From Candidatus Adlerbacteria bacterium (GTDB lineage Bacteria > Patescibacteriota > Minisyncoccia > Phycocordibacterales > SBAW01), in assembly GCA_903878285.1 (NCBI GenBank), contig CAIRHB010000002.1, forward strand, positions 808 through 64,807: a stretch of 64,000 nt of DNA, read 5' to 3'. The translations under genes were made by a program, and so were the position numbers. Positions 1 to 9,484 of this stretch are shown piece after piece (the stretch's first letter is position 1; each line of letters begins with the position of its first letter). The notes beneath the pieces were generated by a model that saw nothing but the letters and a program-made list of their open reading frames with translations, had not been told where the DNA came from and did not search any database.

Positions 1-1
1 C

Positions 2-712
2 ATGCCAATTAGCGTCGAGGTAGTTGGCGCGTCGCCAGAAACCCTCGATGCGATTTTCGAATATTTTACATCCGTCGACACGCGCTTTAGTACGTTTAAA
101 TCGGATAGCGAAATCTCGCGCATCAATCGTGGCGAGATTTCACTCGACGCCTACAGCGACGACATGCGCGAAATCTTTTCGCTTGCAGAAAAAACAAGAG
201 ATGAGACGCGCGGCTATTTTTCGATACAACGACCCGACGGCTCGATCGACCCGTCAGGTTTGGTCAAAGGATGGGCAATCCGCAATGCTGCAAGACTCGC
301 CGAGCAGCTCGGGCACACGAACTATTTTATCGACGCGGGTGGCGATATTCAATCGCATGGCGTCGACGAGCAGGGGAGATGTTGGACCATCGGCATCCGC
401 AACCCGTTTAATCACGCAGAGATTGTCAAGGTAGTGCAACCAAACGGAAAGGGCGTGGCAACCTCGGGCACCTACCTGCGCGGGCAGCATATCTACAACC
501 CACACCAGCCGGGCGCGACACTCGACGATATCGTGAGCATCACGGTAATCGGCCCCGACATCTACGAGGCAGATCGCTTCGCGACGGCGGCGTTCGCGAT
601 GGGTCGCGAGGGCATCCTGTTTATCGAATCGCTCGGTGGGCACGAAGGGTACACCATCGACGCAAACAGTGTCGCAACTATGACCAGCGGGTTTGAGCAG
701 CACGTGCTATAA
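2..712 (+). CDS. apbE: FAD:protein FMN transferase (ApbE family); may start upstream of the window
   Basis: DPSGLVKGWA, DAGGDI, VATSGTY and ADRFATA motifs typical of ApbE. Confidence 0.9.
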   Translation: MPISVEVVGASPETLDAIFEYFTSVDTRFSTFKSDSEISRINRGEISLDAYSDDMREIFSLAEKTRDETRGYFSIQRPDGSIDPSGLVKGWAIRNAARLAEQLGHTNYFIDAGGDIQSHGVDEQGRCWTIGIRNPFNHAEIVKVVQPNGKGVATSGTYLRGQHIYNPHQPGATLDDIVSITVIGPDIYEADRFATAAFAMGREGILFIESLGGHEGYTIDANSVATMTSGFEQHVL

Positions 713-723
713 AACATATTGCT

Positions 724-2250
724 ATGAAACTCATCGACACCGTACTCAACAAGATCACCATGTACCGCGTCGTGCTGTACTACCTCATCCTGCTCCTCGG
801 CGTCGCGTTTTTCTACGGCTTCATCGGCGTCCTCCCCTACGACCCGACCGCGCTCGCGTTCTCGACTGTGCTCATCCTGCTCACCTGTATGGCGACAAAC
901 TGGATCTTTGCACGCACATTCAAAGCGGCAGCAAATGTCGAGTCGACCTACATCACCGCGCTTATCCTCGCACTCATCATCACGCCAGTGACCGCGAGCA
1001 ACCATGTCGGCGTCGGATTCCTGATCATAGCGTCGGTGTGGGCGATGGCATCAAAGTATATCTTCGCCATTGGCAATAAACACCTCTTTAACCCAGCGGC
1101 GTTCGCGGTCGCGCTCACTGCGCTCACAATCGGCCAGACCGCGAGCTGGTGGGTTGCGGGCAATATCCCGATGCTCCCGTTTATCCTCGTCGGCGGGCTC
1201 TTGGTGGTGCGCAAGGTGCGGCGCTTCGACCTCGTCGGCAGCTTCGCGGTCGTGGCACTCGCGACCACACTACTCACCACGCCGTCGGTGTTCACCACTG
1301 GCGACTTCATGACGCCAATCACGCAAACACTCCTCTATTCATCATTTTTCTTTCTCGCGTTCGCGATGCTCTCCGAGCCGCTCACCACGCCGCCAACCAC
1401 CCCGCTGCGTGTCGCCGACGGAGCAGTGGTCGGCTTCCTCTTCGCACCAAACATCCACGTCGGCAGTTTCTACTTCACTCCCGAGATGGCGCTTTTAGTC
1501 GGCAATATCTTTTCCTATCTTGTGAGCCCTAAGGGTCGGCTCGTGCTCACCCTGGTCGGCGTCGAGCGAATGGCGAACGATGCGTACGACTTTGTTTTTT
1601 CATCCGACCGCACACTCGCCTTCCGCCCCGGGCAGTACTTGGAGTGGACGCTCGCGCACACCTACCCCGACAACCGTGGCAATCGCCGCTACTTTACCAT
1701 CGCGTCCGCGCCAACGGAGAAAAATATTATCCTTGGCGTCAAGTTCTACGACCCAGCGAGCACCTTTAAACATACGCTCGCGGCAATGAAGCCGGGCGAC
1801 ACGCTCACCGCCTCACATCTCTCGGGCGGGTTTGTGCTGCCAAAGAATAAGACAAAAAAACTCGTGTTCATCGCGGGCGGTATCGGCGTCACTCCGTTTC
1901 GCAGCATGATCCACTACCTGCTCGACCGCCACGAGCGGCGCGACATCATTGTGCTCTACTCTAACAAGACTGCCGCCGATATCGCCTACAAAGATGTCTT
2001 CGATCGCGCGCAAGCAGAGCTCGGTATCAAGACGGTGTATGCGCTCAGTGCTGAGAAACAGCCGCTGCTAGGGATGTTTAACGGCACCATCGACGCAAAG
2101 TTGATCGCGCAGCAAGTGCCCGACTTCCGCGAGCGCACCTTCTATATCTCGGGCCCGCGTGTGATGGTTGATGCGTTCACCACCACCCTCACCCAGATGG
2201 GCGTCTCGCGCTTTCACATCAAGAGCGACTTCTTCCCCGGGTTTGCGTAG
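724..2250 (+). CDS. RnfD/NqrB-like membrane domain fused to a ferredoxin-NAD(P) reductase-like FAD/NAD-binding domain
   Basis: Multi-TM N-half with KHLFNPAA and EPLTTP; C-half RYFTIAS, AGGIGVTPF, YISGP; adjacent to apbE. Confidence 0.85.
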   Translation: MKLIDTVLNKITMYRVVLYYLILLLGVAFFYGFIGVLPYDPTALAFSTVLILLTCMATNWIFARTFKAAANVESTYITALILALIITPVTASNHVGVGFLIIASVWAMASKYIFAIGNKHLFNPAAFAVALTALTIGQTASWWVAGNIPMLPFILVGGLLVVRKVRRFDLVGSFAVVALATTLLTTPSVFTTGDFMTPITQTLLYSSFFFLAFAMLSEPLTTPPTTPLRVADGAVVGFLFAPNIHVGSFYFTPEMALLVGNIFSYLVSPKGRLVLTLVGVERMANDAYDFVFSSDRTLAFRPGQYLEWTLAHTYPDNRGNRRYFTIASAPTEKNIILGVKFYDPASTFKHTLAAMKPGDTLTASHLSGGFVLPKNKTKKLVFIAGGIGVTPFRSMIHYLLDRHERRDIIVLYSNKTAADIAYKDVFDRAQAELGIKTVYALSAEKQPLLGMFNGTIDAKLIAQQVPDFRERTFYISGPRVMVDAFTTTLTQMGVSRFHIKSDFFPGFA

Positions 2251-2253
2251 AAA

Positions 2254-3047
2254 CTAAAAACGACGTTCGAGATACAACTTGATAAAATATTTACCTTTCT
2301 TTGTTAGCTGTACAATATTTCGCGTACCATTCACATACTCCACAAGCCCATCGGAGTGTGCATACGCCAAATTTGCAGGCGTTATATTCCTACCAACTGT
2401 CCGATCGAAATCATCAGATATTTCGATAACACCATTGTGCTCATACACAAGAGAATAGAGTTCCTTAAATCCCTCGTGCAGCTTTCGATTCTTCTTGAGT
2501 TCATTAAATTGTTGCTCCCACAAAATCTCTGGGCTTTCAACAGCCGCTATTTTTTCTTGTTTAGCTTTAGATTTTTTTCCTCTCGTTTCTCTTTCTGTGT
2601 CTCCTGCAACTCAATGATCTTCAACTCTATCTGATTTTTAATGCTCTTTCGATAAAAGATTCTCGTTCCATAAGGGAAAATCCAGAAGAAAAGTATGGTT
2701 AGCAAAAGAGGAAAGACCAACGAATGCGCAACAAACTCAACACTAAGCGGATTTGGAAACAGCGAGTTTAGATATTCACTGCGCAAAAGTCCTGTCTTTT
2801 TATATAAAATCTCCTGATCTACGAAGAAAGCATCGTACAGCAAACGCCAGTTAAACAGTAGCCATGCGACTACAAAATAACCATAGAAAGGAGAGGTTAT
2901 ACGCTCATTTAAAGCAATCTCAGCTGAGTCAAGAAATTCGTTGCTGGCCCCAAGAACGCTTTTGATATTCTCCCAAGTATCCTTGAGGATGCCAGGATTA
3001 TAGTCGGTCGTGTCTTTATATGCAAAATTGGTTCCACAGCGTTGCAA
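2254..3047 (-). pseudogene. Membrane protein split by a one-base frameshift in an A7 run (real lesion or assembly error)
   Basis: ORFs 2547-3047 and 2254-2523 join (..EEKKSKAKQEKIAAVESPEILWEQQ..) if one A is added to the run at 2572-2578. Confidence 0.6.
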
Positions 3048-3071
3048 GCATTCAGGTACCTATGCTATACT
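3042..3071 (+). promoter_or_regulatory. sigma70-like promoter pointing at the 3' end of the PemK gene
   Basis: TTGCAA-18 nt-TATACT with extended -10 TG. Confidence 0.55.
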
Positions 3072-3100
3072 TTGGGTACAAATGGCCACGAGGCCCCCGA

Positions 3101-3131
3101 GAAACCCCGCTTCGGCGGGGTTTCGACCTTT
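3101..3131. terminator. Strong hairpin / probable bidirectional terminator
   Basis: GAAACCCCGC-TTCG-GCGGGGTTTC perfect 10-bp stem. Confidence 0.7.
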
Positions 3132-3527
3132 CTACGAGACGCACGGGAAGAAACGTTGCACCGCAGAAACTATTTCTGCAAACTGACCTTTTGGCAACTT
3201 AAACATGAGACGCTGCAGACGTTTACTACTGATAAGCCGCAACTGCGACAAAATAACCACCGAACCTGTTTCTCCAGATGTTATCCGATAGTGATACATA
3301 TTGTCTTTGTCCGAACTCGTGAGCGGCAACACCCACAGCACATGCCGATTGAATTTCTTTATCACTAACACGGGGCGCTCAAAGAGCTCGTGCTTTCCAT
3401 CTTGCTCAAATCCTACATTTACTCCCAACGAACACCACCAGACCTCACGCTCGTGAAAGAACTTATCTCCTCCGTTTGCATGTATATGCTGTTTTACTCC
3501 ATTCCAAGTATCAAAATCTTTTTCCAT
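3132..3527 (-). CDS. PemK/MazF-family toxin (endoribonuclease), no protein antitoxin adjacent
   Basis: EVWWCSLGVNVGFEQDGK..RPVLV..VLPLTS..LSQLRLISSKRL; start trimmed to MEKDF. Confidence 0.8.
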   Translation of the reverse strand: MEKDFDTWNGVKQHIHANGGDKFFHEREVWWCSLGVNVGFEQDGKHELFERPVLVIKKFNRHVLWVLPLTSSDKDNMYHYRITSGETGSVVILSQLRLISSKRLQRLMFKLPKGQFAEIVSAVQRFFPCVS

Positions 3528-3589
3528 TGCATACATACTACTCTTAGTTTGGAAACACTTGCACATGCGCCGTGTGTACAACTTGTAGT

Positions 3590-5137
3590 ATGATAGAGAA
3601 CACCATGCTGCGCGGAGTTGATGGACAGTTTGATTGGAAGGGATGCTCTGCCGCACTGACGTATGTCGGCGTGGTCGCGCTGCTCGTGGTTGGTGCCAAG
3701 TTTGGCGTCGCGTATGCAACTGATACACTCTACCCCTCTGCCGACGCATCACTCGCCGCTGATGCTGCAGGCGGTGACGGATCATCTAGCGCAGGCACAC
3801 ATGCAGATGCTGCAAATAGCGCAAACACTATTGGAGGCAACGCGGGAACCACGACGCCAAACCCTGACACACTCTCGACCACGACGCCCGAGCGTGTGAT
3901 CAACGCGCTCACCATTGCGCAGGCGGTGCCCGCGACGGGCAAGTTTATCGCCGCCGACTTGGTCAACATGGAGCTGTATCTCTACCAAGACGGCACGACA
4001 ACCGCCGCGTATCCAATCCTCAGCAAAGGTCGCCCCGGCACTTCGTGGGAGACGCCGAGCGGCATGTATGCCGTGCAGAGCAAAGAGGCAACACACTTCT
4101 CGACCATCGGGCACGTCTACATGCCCTACAGTATGCAGTTTTATGGCAACTATTTTATCCACGGCTGGACCTACTACCCCGACGGCACGCCGGTCGCCGC
4201 GACCTTCTCGGGCGGATGCATCAAGCTCGCGACGACGGATGCCGAAAAGGTTTACGCGTTCGCCGACGTTGGCACCAAAGTCTTTGTCTATGACTCCAAG
4301 CAAGCGACGCCGCCACCCGCGCTGTCGCTCGCGAGCAACCCCGTGCCAGCAATCGACGCTGCGTCCTACCTCGTCGCCGACATCGACACCGGCGATGTGT
4401 ATACCTCGCAGTTCCCCGATATGCCTCTACCAATCGCCTCGGTGACCAAACTGATGACCGCGCTTGTCGCAAACGAAATCATCAGCCTCGATAAAAAAGT
4501 GACGATTGAAGATGGCATGCTCAAAACGCCGCGTGTCGCCTCGAGCACCGCGCCCGAGACCTTCCTCGTCGATGATCTCTTCTACCCACTCCTGATGCAG
4601 TCCAACAATGCGATCGCTGATGCGCTCGCCTCCTACTATGGCACACGCGGGTTCGTCGGCTGGATGAACACCACCGCCCGCGCACTCGACATGACCTCGA
4701 CCACCTTTGCCGATGCGAGCGGCGTCTCGGCGAGCAATGTCTCGACGTCCGAAGACCTCTTCCGCCTCGCGACGTATCTGGAAAATAAAAAATCGTTTGT
4801 ATTAAAAATCACCCACACCAAAAGTAAGACGATTACGGCGAGCGACGGCACGAGCTACACTGTCTATAACGTCAACGCGCCTGCGACCGATGCGGCGTTC
4901 GACGGCGGCAAGGTCGGGCACACCACCGCCGCGGAGGACACGATGCTCTCTGTCCTGTCGATCACCGTTGGTGGCACCGAGCGACACATCGCGATTATCG
5001 TCCTTGGCTCAACGAACCAGAAAGTTGATACCGACCATCTCGCCACCTGGATCACCGCAGCTGCCACCGCAGGCGCTACCTCCCAAACCGCCTGCGCCTC
5101 CTGCGCCCTCCCGCAGTATAGAAAGATCCAGCTGTAG
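3590..5137 (+). CDS. L,D-transpeptidase (YkuD) fused to D-Ala-D-Ala carboxypeptidase (S11)
   Basis: N-terminal TM; ETPSG..FIHGW..SGGCIKL; then SVTK, SNN, KVG penicillin-binding motifs. Confidence 0.85.
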   Translation: MIENTMLRGVDGQFDWKGCSAALTYVGVVALLVVGAKFGVAYATDTLYPSADASLAADAAGGDGSSSAGTHADAANSANTIGGNAGTTTPNPDTLSTTTPERVINALTIAQAVPATGKFIAADLVNMELYLYQDGTTTAAYPILSKGRPGTSWETPSGMYAVQSKEATHFSTIGHVYMPYSMQFYGNYFIHGWTYYPDGTPVAATFSGGCIKLATTDAEKVYAFADVGTKVFVYDSKQATPPPALSLASNPVPAIDAASYLVADIDTGDVYTSQFPDMPLPIASVTKLMTALVANEIISLDKKVTIEDGMLKTPRVASSTAPETFLVDDLFYPLLMQSNNAIADALASYYGTRGFVGWMNTTARALDMTSTTFADASGVSASNVSTSEDLFRLATYLENKKSFVLKITHTKSKTITASDGTSYTVYNVNAPATDAAFDGGKVGHTTAAEDTMLSVLSITVGGTERHIAIIVLGSTNQKVDTDHLATWITAAATAGATSQTACASCALPQYRKIQL

Positions 5138-5149
5138 TCGCCTACATTG

Positions 5150-5728
5150 TTACTGCAACCGTGTGCCCAGCAGGTAGACGCGGGCGAGAAATTGGGCTCG
5201 TTTCTCTGTCGTCGACGAGCGGATGGGGCCGAGGTACGTGACGCACGTCGGGGCAATGCCACAAAAGGCGAGTACGCGACTCTTAAGTTGATTAACGCTC
5301 GGCGCCCCGAAGAGAAATCGGTAGACAAACGGCGGCGTATCCAGCGTCGTGATGATGTGCGCTGTCCGCCCCTTCAACAACTTCAATGGGAAAGGGCTCT
5401 TGCCTGTGTAGCGGAAGGCAAACCCCGCAGAAAAGACCATATCAACAAAACACTTTAGCAGCGCTGGCATACCCGCCCACCACACCGGGTGCACAAACAC
5501 GATATGCTCTGCCCATGCGATATCCTCGCGCGCATGCAAAATATCCTCGCCGACGGGCTGCTTGGTAAAGTGCTCGTAGCGCAGGTAGCGCTCGATCGGC
5601 AGATCTGTGACGACGATCTCGCGCACCTCGGCACCCGCCTCGAGCGCACCTCGCTTGTACTCGCCCACCAACGCCGCAGTAAAACTATCCTTCTTGGGAT
5701 GTCCGTTAATGAGTACAATTTTCTTCAT
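5150..5728 (-). CDS. NAD(P)H-dependent oxidoreductase, flavodoxin-like (MdaB/KefF type)
   Basis: INGHP..SF, HPVWWAGMPALLKCFVD. Confidence 0.85.
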   Translation of the reverse strand: MKKIVLINGHPKKDSFTAALVGEYKRGALEAGAEVREIVVTDLPIERYLRYEHFTKQPVGEDILHAREDIAWAEHIVFVHPVWWAGMPALLKCFVDMVFSAGFAFRYTGKSPFPLKLLKGRTAHIITTLDTPPFVYRFLFGAPSVNQLKSRVLAFCGIAPTCVTYLGPIRSSTTEKRAQFLARVYLLGTRLQ

Positions 5729-5742
5729 AATTTAGTATACAA

Positions 5743-6321
5743 TTACTCCCAACCCAAATCCTTCAAGGATCTTACATTCCTATTATTTCTCTCATTTTCA
5801 GAAGTAAGACCAGTCAAAATAGTGTATCCGTGATTATCAGAACTACCTACGTCTTCAAATGTCTTTTTATCAACAAAGTAAACTTGGACACCGTTTTCGA
5901 TCATTGCATCGAGCGCAGAAGCATATCGAACTTCAGACAATGGTTTTACCGATTTTCGACTTGTCCATTCTTTATCACCCATTCCTTTGTGAGGGTCATA
6001 CTCAAAGGTGTCACTTGGGAAAGCGTACATTGAACCTCCTTTGTCGTTTTTTATAAATTCTTCCCTGTCTGAATTAATAACGACGACTGGTATATCTCCA
6101 TAAAATCCTATGTGCATCCAATGATCCCCATGCCCCTCGACAAGAAAAGCGGAAGCAAAAGCTTTGTTGGGGGTGGAAAAAATTACAGCACCTTCGCCCT
6201 CATCTCGATAATTTCCCTTATTCGGAACAAACTCTGCGATACCAGCAGTTCTAGAAGCATGGTACAAAAATTCTGGTTTTTTCTTTTTCTCTTTGCTCGT
6301 TAGTCTTTCGAAGTTTTCCAT
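5743..6321 (-). CDS. Hypothetical protein
   Basis: 192-aa ORF with protein-like composition (LYHAS N-terminal motif). Confidence 0.65.
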   Translation of the reverse strand: MENFERLTSKEKKKKPEFLYHASRTAGIAEFVPNKGNYRDEGEGAVIFSTPNKAFASAFLVEGHGDHWMHIGFYGDIPVVVINSDREEFIKNDKGGSMYAFPSDTFEYDPHKGMGDKEWTSRKSVKPLSEVRYASALDAMIENGVQVYFVDKKTFEDVGSSDNHGYTILTGLTSENERNNRNVRSLKDLGWE

Positions 6322-6356
6322 ACATCTTTTATTGTTTGAACGCTCTTCAAAACCAT

Positions 6357-6380
6357 TGGCGGGCTACTCGGGATTCAACT
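6357..6380 (-). other. Degenerate tRNA 3'-end-like remnant
   Basis: GTTGAAT-CCCGA-GTAGCCC-G-CCA has T-loop/T-stem/acceptor/CCA spacing, but no 5' half is found. Confidence 0.4.
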
Positions 6381-6849
6381 GAATGGTGCAAGACCCCGTA
6401 AGGATATTCTAGCGCGAAAAGCACCACACCGCTAAGGCTCTCGGGTCGGGGCTCTAGTTTTTGAAATGAGACAAATGAGACACTTTTTCGCGTTTTTTTT
6501 GGAAGTGTCCCAAAACACCAAAATGTTCATATTTTACTTATCCACAGGTTTAGTCTCTTGCAAAAAAACCGCTTTCGTCTATGGTAGGTATAGGGTCATT
6601 GCAAACGTATTGGGCTTCAGCCACCCATTTGTTTATTTTGAACGTAAATGCTTAGAACTTAGGACTGTGTCGTCACCCAGACGATATTGAAGATTAGAGC
6701 AGCGAACCAAAATAATACCGAATCACTCCGCATGGCGGGATGGTTTTGTGTTATTTCGGCTCGCCCCAAAAACGAAAGAAGCACAACCACCCTACACATG
6801 GGTGGTTTGTTGCATAGCGACCCTGCCATTACAAGGTAGGAACTAGAGT

Positions 6850-8181
6850 ATGGAAACACAAAAAAGTTTGAAGATCGAGTATGTAGCAGTGGATGTTCTT
6901 CGTGCGGCAGACTACAACCCGCGCAAGTGGGACAAAGAGGCGGCGCAACACCTCCGTGAGAGTATCACTCGTTTTGGCGTGGTAGACCCACTACTGGTGA
7001 ATAGTGCGCTTGAGCGAAAAAACATTGTCATCGGTGGACACTTCCGTCTATGCGTACTTAAAGAGATGGGCGTGACTGAAGTGCCCGTGGTGTATGTGTC
7101 TGTTCCTGATATAGAACGAGAAAAAGAACTCAACATACGTCTCAATCGAAACGTCGGCGAATTCGACTGGGATTTGCTCGCCACCTTCGACGAGGCATTT
7201 CTGTCAGATGTCGGATTCTCCAGCGAGGAGCTTGACGGCATATTTGCCCCCGATGAGCAGGAGGAAGTATTTGACCTTAAGAAAGAATTGGACAAGCTCA
7301 AAATTGATTCGATCGATATACAAAAGGGAGACATGTATCAGCTTGGACAGCATCGCCTCATGTGCGGCGATAGCACCATCGAGTCGGATATGTTGACACT
7401 TATGGGCGACGAGAGAGCAGACATGTGCTTCACGGATCCGCCGTACATACTCGACTACTTACACGGCAAGACACGCCATGGCGAGGCAACCACTGGATTC
7501 GGCGCAAAGAAGAACCGTCGGTATCTTGAGACAGAATCCCTGCCTAATGATTTCAGTGACCTGTGGATGGCAAATATCGCCAAGGTACAAAAGGCAGACT
7601 TTTCCATCATTATATTCGAGCACCCAAAGAATCTGCGCACCATCTGGAACGCAGTGGAGAAACATTGGAAATACCGCAACACTATTGTCTGGCATGTGCC
7701 CAATCGCGTACAGGGATTCTCCTCAAAGTACAAGTTCTTCAACAAGCACGATATAGCCCTCGTGGGTACTACTCCAGAGTTTGAGCTGCCAAACACTGCA
7801 CCAGAAGATGACGCGCTCTTTCAAACAGAGTACGAGAACGCGCTATTTGCCACGGCAGGCAAACCGCAGTGGGAGGGCTATGAGAAAGGCAAGAAGTATC
7901 AACCGACCGATTTTATCGAGCACGTGGCCGCAGACGAGAAATCATCGGGTCAAGGCATTATCTTTGGCACGAAACCCCTTGAGCTCCTGATACCATACAT
8001 AAAAGTGCTTACCAAACGCGGCAATCTCATTGTTGAACCGTTTGGCGGTAGCGGCTCTACCCTGATTGCCGCGCACAAAATGGATCGGCGGTGCTTCTTG
8101 ATGGAGAAATCTCCTGTGTATGCAGAGGTTATTAAGAATCGCTGGGAGACACTCACTGGGCAAAAAGCACATAAGATATGA
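6850..8181 (+). CDS. ParB-N domain fused to N4/N6 DNA methyltransferase
   Basis: ADYNPRK, IGGHFRL (ParB); TDPPY motif IV; EPFGGSGST motif I. Confidence 0.9.
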   Translation: METQKSLKIEYVAVDVLRAADYNPRKWDKEAAQHLRESITRFGVVDPLLVNSALERKNIVIGGHFRLCVLKEMGVTEVPVVYVSVPDIEREKELNIRLNRNVGEFDWDLLATFDEAFLSDVGFSSEELDGIFAPDEQEEVFDLKKELDKLKIDSIDIQKGDMYQLGQHRLMCGDSTIESDMLTLMGDERADMCFTDPPYILDYLHGKTRHGEATTGFGAKKNRRYLETESLPNDFSDLWMANIAKVQKADFSIIIFEHPKNLRTIWNAVEKHWKYRNTIVWHVPNRVQGFSSKYKFFNKHDIALVGTTPEFELPNTAPEDDALFQTEYENALFATAGKPQWEGYEKGKKYQPTDFIEHVAADEKSSGQGIIFGTKPLELLIPYIKVLTKRGNLIVEPFGGSGSTLIAAHKMDRRCFLMEKSPVYAEVIKNRWETLTGQKAHKI

Positions 8182-8182
8182 C

Positions 8183-8563
8183 ATGGCAGCAACACCCAAT
8201 ACACCAACCATACTCGATGAGCAACAACGGGAACAAAAGACTCTGATTATAGAGACGCTCAAAGTAAAACCAGTAGTCCAGACCGCATGCATAAAAGCGG
8301 GCATTGTTCGAGCTACCTACTACCGATGGATGAAAACGGATCGTGCGTTTGCAAAAGATGTTTGTGGTGCAATTAAAGAAGGTAATGACTTGATTAACGA
8401 TATGGCAGAATCAAAATTGTTCGATGGGATTAAGGAGGGCAAGATGAGCGCGATACGGTACCGGCTGGATCACAAGCATCCAAAGTACAAAAAGAAGCTC
8501 GTGCAAAAACGAAAGCGCAAAGACCCGCCGCAGAAAAAGATGGTGATATTGATTAAAGAGTAA
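8183..8563 (+). CDS. Small-terminase-like HTH protein
   Basis: VQTACIKAGIVRATYYRW..NDMAESKL..SAI; paralog of 18630-19040, which precedes the terminase. Confidence 0.7.
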   Translation: MAATPNTPTILDEQQREQKTLIIETLKVKPVVQTACIKAGIVRATYYRWMKTDRAFAKDVCGAIKEGNDLINDMAESKLFDGIKEGKMSAIRYRLDHKHPKYKKKLVQKRKRKDPPQKKMVILIKE

Positions 8564-8600
8564 AATACTATCCCCAAACGAATATATCTTCGAGCATGAT

Positions 8601-9011
8601 TCAATTGTTTGGAGTGAGTTCTTGAATGAAGAATCGTCCAAATTCTCTATTTAGATTCGTCATCCAGTCAGCGGCTTCTATGTTTTGATCCAATTCCCTA
8701 AACTTACGACTATCATAATCTTTTTGAAAGTGGAAGGCGCCGTTTCTGTACATTTTTAAGGAATGGATGTTTTCTTCTTCTAGAAGCAATGAGTCGATAT
8801 TCGCATCATTTAACTTTAATTCTTGCCATCCCTCTATAACTGTATACAAAAGCGCATACCATAAAGACATGTACATGAATGTCTCAATATCGTACTTTAC
8901 CTCATCAATATTATCCTTATTCGCTAAGAGGTCGAAAAAATGCTTGCGCATCTTATTCGCCCAGAAATAATATCGGTGCAAGGATACAAGTGATTCCCTA
9001 TTCTTCGACAT
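8601..9011 (-). CDS. Hypothetical protein, candidate HEPN-like RNase
   Basis: Helical 136-aa protein with RNGAFH (RxxxxH) motif. Confidence 0.55.
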   Translation of the reverse strand: MSKNRESLVSLHRYYFWANKMRKHFFDLLANKDNIDEVKYDIETFMYMSLWYALLYTVIEGWQELKLNDANIDSLLLEEENIHSLKMYRNGAFHFQKDYDSRKFRELDQNIEAADWMTNLNREFGRFFIQELTPNN

Positions 9012-9479
9012 CTAGAGATTGTTCCCTGAAGCGACACCGTACTGGGCTGTTATTAGCTTATGAAACTCGGAGAGAGTGCTGCATTTTGTGCTACTTACAT
9101 AGCACACACCCACACTGTCCCCAGCGTTATACATAGCATAGATGTCTGAAGTGTTTACATCCCAGACAGTTTCTTCATAGTTGTAACCCTCGTAGTTTGC
9201 TTTGTTTGGTACTTGTTGATACACATCTATGTAACATTTCTCTTTTTCAGGATTATAATAGTTTGCATAAAAGGAAATGGCAGATGGTTTTTCTATACTT
9301 TGAGGAAAGAACTTAGCCGCAGCGTCGGCGCATTTTTGTTGCAGGGCAAAATAGTTTACTTGTTCTTGTGTAACAGATGTTGCTACAACTAACTTAGAGA
9401 TTCTATATTGCTGATACAAAACAATACCAACAAGCAGGAAGGTAATTATCCCCAAAAACAGAACAGATTTATTTTTCAT
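9012..9479 (-). CDS. Membrane-anchored/secreted Cys-containing hypothetical protein
   Basis: MKNK + hydrophobic helix, 4 Cys. Confidence 0.65.
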   Translation of the reverse strand: MKNKSVLFLGIITFLLVGIVLYQQYRISKLVVATSVTQEQVNYFALQQKCADAAAKFFPQSIEKPSAISFYANYYNPEKEKCYIDVYQQVPNKANYEGYNYEETVWDVNTSDIYAMYNAGDSVGVCYVSSTKCSTLSEFHKLITAQYGVASGNNL

Positions 9480-9484
9480 ACGCA

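Noticed and set aside
6357-6450. Intact tRNA gene
   Set aside because: Only a 3'-end-like segment; no matching 5' acceptor strand, D arm or anticodon arm.
6538-6546. Replication origin (DnaA box TTATCCACA)
   Set aside because: Single box, with no cluster or dnaA context.
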